Assembly (NCBI RefSeq): GCF_902713615.1
Contig: NC_052150.1
Coordinates: 9,014,000-9,077,999, forward strand
Reading direction: 5' to 3'
DNA: 64,000 nt
Source: Scyliorhinus canicula
Taxonomy: Eukaryota
The position numbers and the translations under genes are program-made. Below the pieces are notes generated by a model. That model saw only the letters and a list, made by a program, of their open reading frames with translations, was not told where the DNA came from and ran no database searches. Every line of letters begins with the position of its first letter. Positions within the stretch are counted from its first letter, which is position 1. Of the stretch, positions 51,731 to 64,000 are shown piece after piece.

Positions 51731-51954
51731 ATGATGTGGAGATGTCGGCGTTGGACTGGGTTGGGCACAGTAAGAAGTCTTACAACACCAGGTTAAAGTC
51801 CAGCAGGTTAATTTGGAATCATTAGCTTTCAGAGCACAGCTCCTTCATGAGGTGAGTGATGAACCTCACCTGATGAAGGAGCTGTGCTCCGAAAGCTAGT
51901 GATTCGAAACAAACCTGTTTGACTTTAACCTGGTGTTGTAAGACTTCTTACTGT
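51731..51954. mobile_element. Penelope-type terminal-repeat element arranged as a ~90-bp-arm inverted repeat
   Basis: Arms 51767-51856 and 51865-51954; flanking direct repeat GTATCTTTTTTATG (51720-51733 and 51953-51966). Confidence 0.85.
51866..51902 (+). ncRNA. Minimal type-I hammerhead ribozyme motif
   Basis: UCAC-CUGAUGA-A-GGAGC(UGU)GCUCC-GAA-AGCU-A^GUGA: both conserved core boxes, 5-bp stem II, 4-bp stem I and a palindromic loopless stem III. Confidence 0.8.
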
Positions 51955-52705
51955 ATCTTTTTTATGGTATTCTTAACCTTCTGTCAGGCCAATTGGGTTA
52001 GTATCACTTTCCCACGCTGGATCCACCACAACAAAATGTAGTGATAACGTGCCAGCTTCCATGAGTTGACACATTTCAACATCCAACAACTTTTGCGCAT
52101 GCAAGATCTAATACTATCTGTCACCTTTTCTACCACCACCCCCCTCCCCTCCCCAATGCCCCAAAGAAAAGTAACTAGCAAGGACGGGAAGTGCCCCATA
52201 ACCTCTAACTGTAGGCAAATAATTATCCAAAGCCACCCCATCTGACTCCCATTTACAAGTCTGAAACTGTACACATTCTCCTCCGTCATTTCCCTGTTGT
52301 GTTCTGTTAGTTTTCAAAGTCATGGCACGACAGTTCCACTCGCACAGCTCTGAGTTTTACATGCTACTTTCTCTCCCTGATTCTGAGAGCGATTGTTGTT
52401 CCTCTGCCGCTCCAAAGCACGCTTGTTATCCTGGACTTCGGGGTTTACTCCGATCCTCAAATTCCTGTAAAATAAACTGTCCATACATGTTAAACTACTT
52501 GGAATGCATAACTTGGATTGGGCAACATATAGATAATGATTTGATTGTTGGAATTCACTTGTATCTCATGCAGTGCCTCTTCATGTGCATTATCTGAACA
52601 TGATGTGACGAGTTTTTAAAAAAAGGAAGGGATGCGATATGTTAGATTACTGGTGAAGCAGCAAGCCCGATCAGCTGTGTTAAACTCAGCACTTCCTAAT
52701 CTCCA

Positions 52706-53022
52706 GCGGCATGGTGGCACAGTGGTTAGCAATGTTGCCTCAGAGCTCCAGGGACCCGAATTCAATTCTGGCCTCCGGTGACAGTCTGTGTGGAGTTTGC
52801 ACTTCTTCCCCGTGTCTACGTGGGTTTTCTCCGGGTGCTCTGATTTCCTCCCACATTCCAAACATGTGTACGTTAGGTGAATTGGCCACGCTAAATTGCC
52901 CCTTAGTGTCCGGGAGGTTTGGTGGAGACATTCTTAAGTAGGATGCTCTATCGGAGCAAGGGCCGGTGCAGACTCAATGGACCTATGGCCCCCTTTTTGC
53001 ACTATTGGGATTTCATGATTCT
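52706..53022 (+). mobile_element. HE1/V-SINE
   Basis: Head, V-domain and CR1-type tail. Confidence 0.9.
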
Positions 53023-53050
53023 AAGCACATGGAGAACCATGAGTTTTATT

Positions 53051-54725
53051 TGTGAAGACTGATAACTTATAATACACCATTATAGTGGCACAATTGAAGA
53101 GGTTTCAAACATTCAGACAGATTTCACATGCTGGTGCTTAAATTCCCAGAGTAGAACCACACGTCATTTCTTTCCTGTGATTGCTGCTGGTGCCTTCTTC
53201 TTGGATCTCAGTTTGAAGAACAAGCAAATTGCTGCAGTCCCTGTATGTGTAGCTATCGCACAATTCCTCCTCCCTGTGATGGTGTAGGTATTGAAGTACT
53301 TGTGGAAGCCAGCGAACTGGTGTTGACTGCCAGCATCGTGACCCGCCATTCTCGCACCTCACACAAACATCACTTGGCTGCTCTCGTATCCTTCAGAGCA
53401 CCCAAACTCCCAGAGGGCTCACCGCCAGAAGTACCGCCCCCACCTCCTCCTATTGGTCAGTGGAACAATGGGGTGCCGGATGTGACATTCGGAATGCTAA
53501 TCGCTTATTGAACAATATGGGTGCCAATCGGATGGCAAAGCAAAATGCTGCGGTTTCTGGCAGTCGCGGCCAGCATTCTCAACCCTAAAGCCGGTCACGA
53601 CCATTCAGCGGTTGTCCCACGGTCGGGAGCATTGCGACCGAACGCTCTGCAACCCACCCGACACCCAGTCGCAACATATGACTTACCAATACACACCAAT
53701 TTTAAAATGAATAGGGATTACAAAGTACATTTTACGCTAAAACAGTCTCGAAACACACAGTCACTTTAACCACACAAATTGACTGTGGTCAAATACTCTC
53801 CACTTTGGACCCAAGCGAATGTCCATGGATTTCTTTCAAAAATTCACCCAGATGATCATCACACAGAAGTTTCCAAGCGTCTTCACTCCCAGGAAACAGG
53901 CTTTAAAATTTTCTTTCACAACACTGCTTTCCATCAGCGGTTTGCATTCTGAAATCCAGACCAGGTTTTTCAAATGACTTTTGAACAAAGCTTCCACTCC
54001 ACTTGACAAAAAAAAACAGCATTTTGAACTCCCCATTAGGGAATATTTGTCTTAATTGCTGTGCAAACTGTTCATAATTGCTTTAATTCTCAATTCCCAG
54101 ACTGTACTAAAATGGCTTCAAACATTTTTGATTTACCTCTGAAATCTGCTTTCCACTTTAACGCTGTTTACTGCAGCTGTCACTTTCTCTCACAACACCT
54201 TTTGTCTGCTTTTCCCTTTGAATTCTCCTCTGAACAATACCTTGGCCTCTGTCCCCTTACCTTCAGTCTTGAGACATTTTTTCTATCCCAGCACCCTAGT
54301 TATTTGGACTGTTTCGGGTTCCTTGGAAAGTTTGCCTCTTTGCATCTCCCTTATCCTGTCCAGTTTCTCCCGTCAAAGTTGAGAGATGTCCATTCCCTGG
54401 AGTTCTTCAACTGCAATATATCCAGTTGAAGCTTCATTCAAAAAAACTTGCTAACTTAAGACCCTCCAGTTGCTAAGCAACGCCTTCATGCTTCTGTTTT
54501 TATTTGCTCTTCATGCTGTCAACCTCTCTTAGCACAAACAAGCTCAGTTGGAACTTAACCAACCCAAACACATACAAACGCCATTGTCCAGCATGAATTT
54601 TAACTGTAGGCTTTACTCTTCCAGGCACAGAAACATTAAATTAAACCCACTTAAATATTAATCTTATTTCTAATGTTTACCAATACAAATATAAATCCCT
54701 TAAAACTACCTTTGTTTTCCTAACA
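53051..54725. mobile_element. Probable large solo LTR hosting the 53248-53676 insertion
   Basis: TGTGAAGAC...TTCCTAACA termini, non-coding interior. No matching TSD found, so the left boundary is uncertain. Confidence 0.45.
53248..53676. mobile_element. Solo LTR (429 bp)
   Basis: TGTAGC...GCAACA termini with a perfect 4-bp TSD TATG (53244-53247 and 53677-53680); CpG-rich relative to its flanks. Confidence 0.8.
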
Positions 54726-55272
54726 CTTTGTAAAATCTCGTTTTTTGATTTGTTTGCCGTTTATTTGTACCGAAACAAGATTAAATAGAATTGATTAAGT
54801 ATATTAAGTTTTTATCAAAATATTTTGTATTGTAGTTCAAAGAAGCATAGGTTATGGGTATCTGTTTACCAAATTGATCAAGAATATTATTAATTTCACT
54901 GCTTTTTAGAAACAAATTGAGCCTTGATCTTCGACCATGTTGAGTTGTGAATGTGATTTAAAATTGGCCTTCGTAATTTGCATTGCTAATGTTTGCTGGA
55001 TTTGTGTCTTTAATTTTGAAATATTCTTTCCCTTTGATGTGTTGAGGCCTGCTGGGTTTTGTGTGTTTCTCATTCATGATTACTTGTAAAGGATTTTGTT
55101 TTTGACTGAAGGAGTGTAAAGCTTATCCGTTTGTGTCTGGTCTCAACTCATAATATCCGAATTGCTTCACTTTTAGGATCTCCTCTCCTGTGGGAAAGAC
55201 TTCCGTTCTCTGCATATTCTTGGATGTGCTGCCTTATTATGAGCTCAAATACTCATTCTTTTTTCCTTATAG

Positions 55273-55386
55273 GAAGCTGTTAAGCCTCTTGAGAAAAGGG
55301 CATTAAATTTCCTAGTGAATGAATATTTATTGAAGATTAATTACAAACTCACCTCGATAACATTTTCAGATGAAAATGATGACCAG
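55273..55386 (+). CDS. RELCH: RELCH exon 5 (114 bp), LisH motif: EAVKPLEKRALNFLVNEYLLKINYKLTSITFSDENDDQ
   Basis: tag|G acceptor and CAG|gtaat donor; LisH pattern LNxLVxEYLxxxxYxxTxxTFxxE. Confidence 0.98.
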
Positions 55387-57629
55387 GTAATAATGCTTAA
55401 AATGTATGCTAATGAGTAGCCCAGCATAAATTAAGCACTTGCTAACTTTTTTTCTTTGATGTAGGGAGCAGCTGTTTATGCATCAGCTGCAGTTATAGCC
55501 ATTAAATGGCATGTCTTAATGACGTGTTTGATGAACGAGTTATCAATACATTTCGAACTGGTTGATTTTTAAATGTTACATTTGTCGATTGCCCTCAATT
55601 TTCCCGAACGGATTCTAAACTCAGAGTAGCCAGTGATGTTAGGGAGGGCAGGAATTAATTGGGCCAGAGACCGCGTGGTTCAGCCTCCGTGTTAAAGTCA
55701 GCGACAAAAATAAGAATAGAATATACACCTAATAATAATAATAATAACCTTTGTGAAAAAGGAGGAGAATAAAAATATTTTTTAAAAAATAATAATAATA
55801 ACCTTTTATTGTCACAAGTATGAAGTTGCTGTGAAAAGCCCCTAATTGCCACATTCCGGCGCCTGTTCAGGTAAGCTGGTATTGCAATTGAACCGGTGCT
55901 GCTGGCCTTGTTCTGCATCACAAACCAGCTGTCTAGCCTATTGAGCTAAACCAGCTATGTTACTTTGATATTATTTACAGATAAATGGTGACATTTACAG
56001 TAATTTTAGATGCAAAGACCAAAGAATTAGTTGGGTCGAGGGAGTTTCTCTGTAACATAGGCTGAAGAGAAAAGATACAAAAATAACGTTCAATGATTTC
56101 ATCACTGTTGGAAGAGTGTGTTGCCAGCACGATGTAAGCACTTTCCGTTGTAAATATGGGCAAAGGAATTTGTAATGGAAAAAGTTGCCTTTTAAAATTG
56201 TCACCAAGTTGTAATGGGAAATAAGGATTTGCAGACCAGAACTGAGGAGATATTGTTCTGCCATCTTTGCTAATCATGATTTTAATAGTGTTGTAGTTAC
56301 CAAGCTAGAGGCATCAACAACCTGCTCCCTATTCACAGACTGCCTCATTGAAGGATATGGTAGCATTGTTCCGATTGAAATAAGTGACCTTGGGGTGAGG
56401 GGTACTGATCATTCTCTTCACATTAAATCACCCATTTATCATCACCATACTCAATGGAATAGATTAAAAACAGATCTAGCAGCTCAAATTCATAACATCA
56501 TAGTCCCAAATATGTCTCTCCTCTCCATCACCATTGAGCCAGGTTGTCGTCATCTTGAGTTCTCTACTCAAAAGGCAGGTCCAACCCACCCTACAGCGCC
56601 ACGATCTCCATCACGGGTAGGGCAAGGAGGCAGGTCTTGAATCCACCCCAGCCAAAACGGGGATTGTTGTGACACCAATGTGATGCATGCTGACCATCCA
56701 ACCAACGGAACCAACCAGACGCTCCCCAAAGCTGTTAGAGCTGTGGCAACCTTTTAGTTAAATTTAGAGTACCCAACTCTTTTTTTTTCCCAATTAAGGG
56801 ACAATTTAGCGTGACCAATCTATCTACTCTGCACATCTTTGGGTTGTGGGGGTAAGACCCATGCAGACCCGGGGAGAATGTGCAAACTTCACCCAGAGAG
56901 TGACCCGGGCCTGGGATCGAATCTGTCCTCGGCGCCGTGAGGCAGCAGTGCTAACCACTGTGCCGCCCGAGTTGTGGCAACATTTACATGCATGTTATAG
57001 CCTGGAGTTTTGGGGCAGTGGTGGCAGAGGCTCCAATTTATTTCCATCACATGGCTGACTCGGGAATATTTCCCATCCTTCCTGCCAGCCATTTGTGTAT
57101 GTTGAAGGATTTGCAAATTGATACTCGTGTGTTTGGCCGTGTTATGGATGCTCCTTTCTTGACCATCGAGCCCTGGAGTGAGACATGAACCAGAGCACCT
57201 AGCTGAGAGGCAGGGAGGCTACCAAGAACTCCCAAACCAGGTGACCAACCCTGTTACATTGAGGAGTGTGGAAAAGATGCCAGGGGGAGCATCAGGCCTA
57301 TCCGAGTTCTCAAACTAGTGAAGCACGACACAGGGCAAAATCTATATAATAACACGTAAGTAGCATGCTACACTATCGTATAAATCAGAGCAAAGCTAAG
57401 GAATGCTGCCATATCCAGTGGTGAATGAGTGGACAATGAAACAACAACAACAGGAGGAGGAGGCACTACCAACATCCCACCTCAATGTTGACAGCCCAGC
57501 ATGTGAGTGCAAAAGGCAAAGCTGAATGTTCAAATTAATCTTCAGGAAGAAGAAGTATATGGTTCGTCTTGGGCTCCTCCTGAATTCCTCCTCATTGCAG
57601 ACCAATTTTAAGGCAATTCAATTTTTAAA

Positions 57630-59275
57630 AAATCATTCAAGGGATGTGGACTTCGCTGGCATTTATTGCCCATCCCTAATTACCCCTGAGAAGGTGGTGG
57701 TGAATTGCCATCTTGACCTGCTATGGTTCACGTGGTCCACCCACAGTGCTGTTAGGGAGGGTGTTCCAGGATTTTGACCCAGCGACAGTGATGGAATGGT
57801 GAGATATTTCCAAATCAGGATGGTGAGTGGCTTGGAGGGGTACTTCCAAGTGGTGATGTTCCCATCATCCACTGCCCTTGTCTTTCTGACGGCAGTAGTC
57901 GTGGATTTGGAAGGGACTGTCCAAGGAGCTTTGTTTAGTTCCTGCAATGCATGTGGTGAACAGGGTGAATGTTTGTGGATGGGGTGCCAATCAAATGGGC
58001 TGCTTGGTGGTGTCAGGGTTCTTAAATGTTGTTGGAGCTGTGCTCAACCGGGCAAGTGGAGAGTATTCTAACACACACTTCACTTGTAGACTGCGGACAG
58101 ACTTTGGGAGTCAGGAGGTGAGTTACTCACTGCAGGTTTCCTAGCCTCTGACCTGCTTTTGTAGCCACAATATTTATATTGCTACTCATATAACTAGATC
58201 AGTTTCTGATCAATAGTAAGCCCCAGGGTGATAGTAGTGGGACATTCAGCAATGTCATTGAATATCAAGAGGGCAATAGTTATATTTACTCTTGTTGGAG
58301 ATGGTCATTGCCTGGTACTTGTGTGGCACAAATGTTACTTGCCATTTCTCAGGCCAAGCCTGGATACTGTCCAGGTCTTTCAGCATTTGAATATAGAATG
58401 CTTCAATATCTGAGGAATCATGAATGGTGCTGAACATTGTGCAATTATTCGCAAACATCCCCACTTCTGATATTATTGTGGAAGGAATGTTATTGAAGCA
58501 GTTGGGCCGAGGACACGACCCTGAGGAATTCCTGCAGGGATGACCTGGAGCTAAAACGACTGACCTCCAACAACCAACATACTTTGTGCTAAGTACGGTA
58601 AAGGTAAAGTAGCCATAGTTTCCGATGACCTGGGCCACCTTCCCCTTTGAGCGGAAGAGCTGACTGATGGTGATTTAACCTGAGGATCACCCTAAGCATG
58701 ACTCAAATCATTGCAGAGTTTCTCCCCTGATTCCACTTGACTCCTGTTTAGCTAAAGCCCCTTGATGCCACACTCTGTCAAATGTGACCTTGTTGTCAAG
58801 GGCAGTCACTCTCGCCTCCCCCCTGGAGTTCAGCTCATTTGTCCATGTTTGAATCAAGGCTGTAATGAGGTCAGGAGCTGAGCGACCCTGGCAGAACCCA
58901 AACTGAGCATCCATGAGCAGGTTACTGCTGAGTTGGTGCCGCTTGATTGTACTGTTGATGACCCAATCATCACTTTACTGATGATTGAGAGTAGACTGAT
59001 AGGGCAGTAATTGGTCAGGTTAGATATGTTTAGCTATTTGTGTACAAGACATAGCTTGGCAAATTTCCCATATTGCCAGTGTTGTAGCTGCACTGGAACA
59101 GCTTGGCCATTTCTGGTTTACAAGTCTTCAGTACTATTGCTAGAATGTTGACACGGCTTGTAGCCTTTGCAGTATCCAGTGCCTTCAGCCATTTCTTGAT
59201 ATCACATGGGCAAATTGAATTGGCTGAAGACTGACATCTATGTTGGGGACCTCTGTGAGATACCGGGGATTGGAT
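57630..59275 (-). mobile_element. CR1-group LINE family A, 3' 1.6 kb (a plus-strand fragment of the same family lies at about 56340-57620)
   Basis: DAQFGFCQGRSAPDLITALIQTW...RVTALD.KVTFDRVWHQG; EVGMFANNCTMF; family 3' end at about 57635. Confidence 0.92.
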
Positions 59276-60867
59276 CTTGACAATAAGAGACTCCACCACA
59301 ATCTTCTCAAGGGAAAGTTGTGATGAAATATATGTGCTGACCTTGCCAGTAATGTTCATACCCCCAAGAATAAATGTTAATAAAAACACTAATGCTTTGC
59401 ATTCAATATTGCATTAAAAGCTACAAAAATGTCTCGATTTCACTGACTCTTGCGTGGTAATTCTGAACTGGGATACATATTGCTAATAGCTGAGTGTGAT
59501 GGTAAAGCAATTCTTCATCTTGTATTTTGGCTCTCAAGTTATTGCTTTGCAGCATAAAGCTTGAATTTTCATGAAATTGTGTAGTTTCTTTAAGGCTATT
59601 TTAATCGTATAGATTTAATCCTATACTAATTCATAAAATGGGTTCTTAAACTAATATCATTTGGTTACTGGACAGATCAGTCTCAGCCACTACTTTAAAA
59701 AAAAAAATGAGTGTGTTAATTTTTAACATTTTCTGAAATCTAGCATCTGTATAAATGTTGCATATTACTGAAATAAGTTGCTTCGCTATGTGAATTACGT
59801 TGCAGTTTTGGCATTTTCTGCCACATCTACCTCACAGCATGAAGCAGTTTTGTGTGTACAGACATGAGCCTACAATAAATGGAGACCCAGACCTTCTGTG
59901 AGATTGCATTCCTGGGTTTAATAATTAACTGCATAGTTGTAGGTAAAGCTGTTGAATCATGTCAGTGCCTGCCACCCTCTTTTTTTTTAAGTTAAAAGTG
60001 CCCAATTCCCCCCCCCCCCCCACACCTCCCAAATTAAGGGGCAATTTAACTTGGCCAATTCACCTGTCCTGCACATCTTTGGGTTGTGGGGGTGAGACCC
60101 ACGTATACAGGATGAATAATGCATAGAAGCATTAAAATGCTGAGAACACAATACAGCATACAAGATAGGACCAACCCTCATGTGGTTTAAGTACTCTCTT
60201 TTAAGAACATATTTGTCGCACTGCTTGATCGAAACAGACATTTGGGATTATGTAATTCGAATCCTATACTCCCATGAAGTCTGGATTTTCTGTCAGAACT
60301 AAAAACATGAGAAAATTTTCAGTGGCGTGATCCAAAGGCTTCTGAAATCATTTGGTTGAGTTATTGCTGATCAAAAGCGCAATGGTGCAAATGTAGTAAT
60401 AATAATTGCTTATTGTCACAAGTAGGCTTCAATGAAGTTACTGTGAAAAGCCCCTAGTCGCCACATTCCAGTGCGGGAATTGGACCCGCGTTGCTTTCCT
60501 TGTTCTGCATCACAAACGAGCTATTTAGCCCCATGTGCTAAACCAGCCCCTGTGGATCCTGATGAGCAGATATTCCCATATTGTGTCGTTTGCCTACCTG
60601 CCAATGCTTTGGTCACGTAATTCAATTAGTACCTAGAACAAACTCCCCGCAATCAACGTTGTGTGGGCCAGCTGATCATTTATCTCCCACTCTCCGTGAA
60701 ATTGGGTCAAGCAAAATGTCCATTTTTTTTCTCTCGTTATTACAGAATCACAAGCTTCCTATTTTGTCACAAAGCACTTGTATTGCATTTGACATTTGTC
60801 TTATAATTATGAAAAGGTAACTTCCTCTGGAAAGTACTAAATAGATTTTTTTTCAACCTATTTTTAG

Positions 60868-61065
60868 GATTTTGAGTTGTGGGATGATGTTGGATTGAAC
60901 ATTCCGAAGCCTCCAGACCTCCTGCAAATGTATCGGGAGTATGGCGTCCACGCAACCTCGTCGAAAGAAATGAAGGACGTAGCTGTTGGAGTGAAGCCAA
61001 ATGAATTGGGAGTTCTACCAAATGGTGGAGAATTAACGACTTTGCAACAACCGCAGTTAGAAGAG
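60868..61065 (+). CDS. RELCH: RELCH exon 6 (198 bp): DFELWDDVGLNIPKPPDLLQMYREYG...QPQLEE
   Basis: ttttag|GAT acceptor and GAG|gtgaga donor; N-terminal half near-identical to human. Confidence 0.95.
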
Positions 61066-61983
61066 GTGAGAAGTTCAACTGAGCAGTACAGTGTCGACAT
61101 TCTGAAACCAGTACAGCTTTTAGGACTACTTTTGATTGTGTGTACCAGCACAGTCCAAACTCAGCTACTTACACTGTTGGCCTGGATTAATGAGACTCAG
61201 AAATATATTTAAGGGGGCAGCATGGTGGAGCAGTGGTTAGCACTGCTGCCTCACGGTGTTGAGGTCCCCGGTTCGAACCCGGCACTTGGTCACTGTATGT
61301 GTGGAATTTGAACAGTCTCACCGTGTTTGCATGGGTTTCGCCCCCACAACCCAAAGATGTGCAGGGTAGGTGGGTTAGCCACGCTAAAATTGCCCCTTAA
61401 TTTTAAAAAGTCAATATATATTTAAAATGGTGTATTTATTGGAAGTGATAAACTAAATGGATTGTTCATCTTTTTAGGGCAAAGTTTATAAAATATATTA
61501 ATGTTCTCTTTATGTAATTATTTTGTGTATATATAATAAACACCATCTTGCATTGTAAAAATGAGAAAATGTTGCCCCAGGCCTGGTGTCGTGAGGAATC
61601 ATATGAAACAGGGAAGGTAGTGCTCTGTACGGGGTTGTTTTCAACTGTGGTAGATGTTCAAATACAATTGGTGCTTTATGTTCTACAGATTCTCTGTTCC
61701 CCAGTCAAAATGCTGAATACGCAGCTAAAACAGAACAATATGTATTCAGAACAATATGTATATTGTACAGGGAAGAATCACCCGATCTCGACATGAGGTG
61801 AAGCTTTATAAAGTAACCCAGAAAGTGCTCCTCCCCCAGTGGGGTAATCCTCTATTTAACATTCAGGTTATATCTGAATCAAAAAATGTGTAAGATTATG
61901 CTTAAGGCAGGCATACTAGCACGACAAACACTCTTTGCAAAGATGTAAGCAAATTATCCCTTATTATGTATTTTTTTTTCCAG

Positions 61984-62075
61984 CAAACAAAAATAGTACA
62001 AGAGCTCCAAGATCAACTCATTGTGTTAAGCAATGAGAAAACATCCCTTGCAACACACATCAGACAGCTTAAGAG
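61984..62075 (+). CDS. RELCH: RELCH exon 7 (92 bp): QTKIVQELQDQLIVLSNEKTSLATHIRQLK
   Basis: Long T tract plus cag acceptor, AG|gtatgt donor; coiled-coil homologous to human LVQKLEDKISLLNSEKWSLMEQIRRLK; phases 0 to 2 fit neighbours. Confidence 0.92.
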
Positions 62076-62136
62076 GTATGTGATATTGTGAAGGGACGTG
62101 AAATCAGCATTTTGCCTATGATTGTCCAATTTAGGT

Positions 62137-62397
62137 GGGCGGCACATTAGCACAGTGGTTAGCACTGTTGCTTCACAGCGCCAGGGTCCCAGGTTCGATT
62201 CCTGCTTGGGTCGCTGTCTGTGTGGAGTCTGCACGTTCTCTGTGTCTGCGTGGGTTTCCTCCCACAAATCCTGAAAGACATGTTGTTAGGTGAATTCTCC
62301 CTCTGTGTACCCGGACTGTGGCAACGAGGAGATTTTCACAGTAACTTCATTGCAGTGTTAATGTAAGCTTACTTGTGACAATAATAAAGATTATTAT
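62137..62397 (+). mobile_element. V-SINE with the alternative tail
   Basis: As 19445-19745. Confidence 0.9.
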
Positions 62398-63018
62398 AAA
62401 AAATCTAACTCTGCTATAAACATATTAAAATCCAGTTTTTGTATTGGAATTTGAACATGGGAAGACATTTTACCACTCGTTATGTTTATTTTTTTAAATT
62501 GTCTTCAGCCTGTAAATTATAATTGAGTATTTAATTCTAAGTGGTTTCGACAATTTTAATTGATAAGATAACTCTGACTTTGTTTTGTGCTATTTATTTT
62601 AAACCTGTACACAATTTGAGTTTCCCCACTATTTCTGCTGTAACTTTGTGTCCAAACTACATTTTTCCTACTCCCCTGCCTCTCCAACCATCACATTTGG
62701 CAAAATGAATCAAGCGGTCGGTCAACCAAATGGTCTTCCTGTGTTTAGCTGAATTTAAATATCTGCTTGTGCTGGGATTTTTTTGAATTCACTTTTACAG
62801 GATGTGAGCGCCCCTTGCTAGACCAGCATTTGTTGCCCATCCCTAATTATCCTTGAGAAGGTAGTGGTGAGTTACTGTCTTGAAACGCCAATTTTTATTT
62901 TTGTATATTATATGGTTTCAATTGGTGTTACAAGCTTGGCCAAAGTTAAATGCCTGTCCAAATATGAAGCCAGAACTGTTGTATTAGAGATGTAATTACT
63001 TTGTTTAAATTTTAACAG

Positions 63019-63354
63019 TGAAATAGAAGCCCTCAAGCAACAGAACTTTTCTGCTGTAGCTGCTACCACTGATAGTGTGGCTCTTCCTCCGGCCATGATT
63101 GAACAAGTGCCTCAGAATAGACCAATGGACAGCGGGGAGTACCTGGACATCGGAAGCTTTGAAAGAATTAGCTGTAACGAAGAGAAGATCATCTCCACTT
63201 CTTGCCCAATAGACACGGACACAGATTCTCCTGGTCTTGCTGTCTCTTCTGTTACAGTAACAACACTAACTCCACATTACAAGAAAGAAACCGAACCGGC
63301 AACAGTTCGTTCTCGGACAACTCGTGAGCCAGTACAGTTCGATAAGCCAAACCG
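63019..63354 (+). CDS. RELCH: RELCH exon 8 (336 bp): SEIEALKQQNFSAVAA...REPVQFDKPNR
   Basis: cag|T acceptor and CG|gtgagt donor; open frame throughout; ends match human SEMDFLK... and ...VHFDKPNR. Confidence 0.93.
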
Positions 63355-64000
63355 GTGAGTCACTGTTGAAATTGCTCTCGAGAATAGCAAACGAGTGTTG
63401 ACCTGTGCATTTATTATATTCCGTGCATGTTGAATTACTTACAAGTATACTAAACCCTTGCCTCCAAATTTGAAATAAATCAGGTTTGACTGGCCTGTTA
63501 ATCTGCACTCCAGGCTTAATCAGCAGACGCCTTCTGAATTATTATTCACTGTTACCAGGAAAGGGGGCCTTCACGATACTTAATGAAACACACAGTAAAA
63601 ACGTGACTTTTTTTTGTGAAAGCTATTATCATCCATGCTGCACTTTGTATAAGCTCACATTTATCTCGCTCATGTGTTTATCAAGGTTAGGACAGGTAAT
63701 TGTAAGAAGGTTTGCTACCCAGGTGACATAATATAGCAGAAAATGTGTAAATGCTGGATTCTGAATAGATCTGAACAATAAGAAATCACTTGGCCTGTAA
63801 TCGTCATTGAATACTTACGTGGATCAGTCGTAGGGCTACCCAATCTTGTTTGGTTCATTGCATAATTTATTTCTTAAGTGTTTTTTTTTGGACAGGAGGT
63901 GGGAATGGTGGTGGGCGTTGGGGACAGATAAGATTTGTATTCTACAATGAGGCCTCATTAGCAAATCATGCAAGTGTCAGTGGCAAATATCATTAAATTA

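Noticed and set aside
55177-55272. Upstream acceptor 96 nt before RELCH exon 5
   Set aside because: The extension contains an in-frame TGA, and such AGs are common. No supporting evidence.

Overview
Vertebrate genomic DNA, almost certainly an elasmobranch (shark). This is inferred from abundant HE1/V-type SINEs, SacSINE1-like DeuSINEs and CR1, L2 and Rex1 LINEs. The window holds the 5' halves of two head-to-head genes sharing a CpG-island bidirectional promoter at about 28.2-28.4 kb. PIGN (GPI ethanolamine-phosphate transferase 1) is on the minus strand with five coding exons (17936 to 9322) and continues beyond position 1. RELCH/KIAA1468 is on the plus strand with eight coding exons (28378 to 63354) and continues beyond 64000. 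All exons have GT-AG sites and join in frame. The introns are packed with retroelement debris, and most ORFs in the ORF track are repeat-derived artefacts. Three non-coding features stand out: (1) a Penelope-type ~90-bp-arm hairpin in RELCH intron 4 carrying an intact minimal hammerhead ribozyme core on the sense strand; (2) an 855-bp non-autonomous Mutator/foldback-like element with a 9-bp TSD, sub-repeated TIRs and three internal hairpins; (3) a >1.4-kb 21-bp minisatellite that appears to have been amplified out of a DeuSINE. Repeat family names come from recognition of sequence by eye, not from database searches, and repeat boundaries are approximate unless a TSD is quoted.
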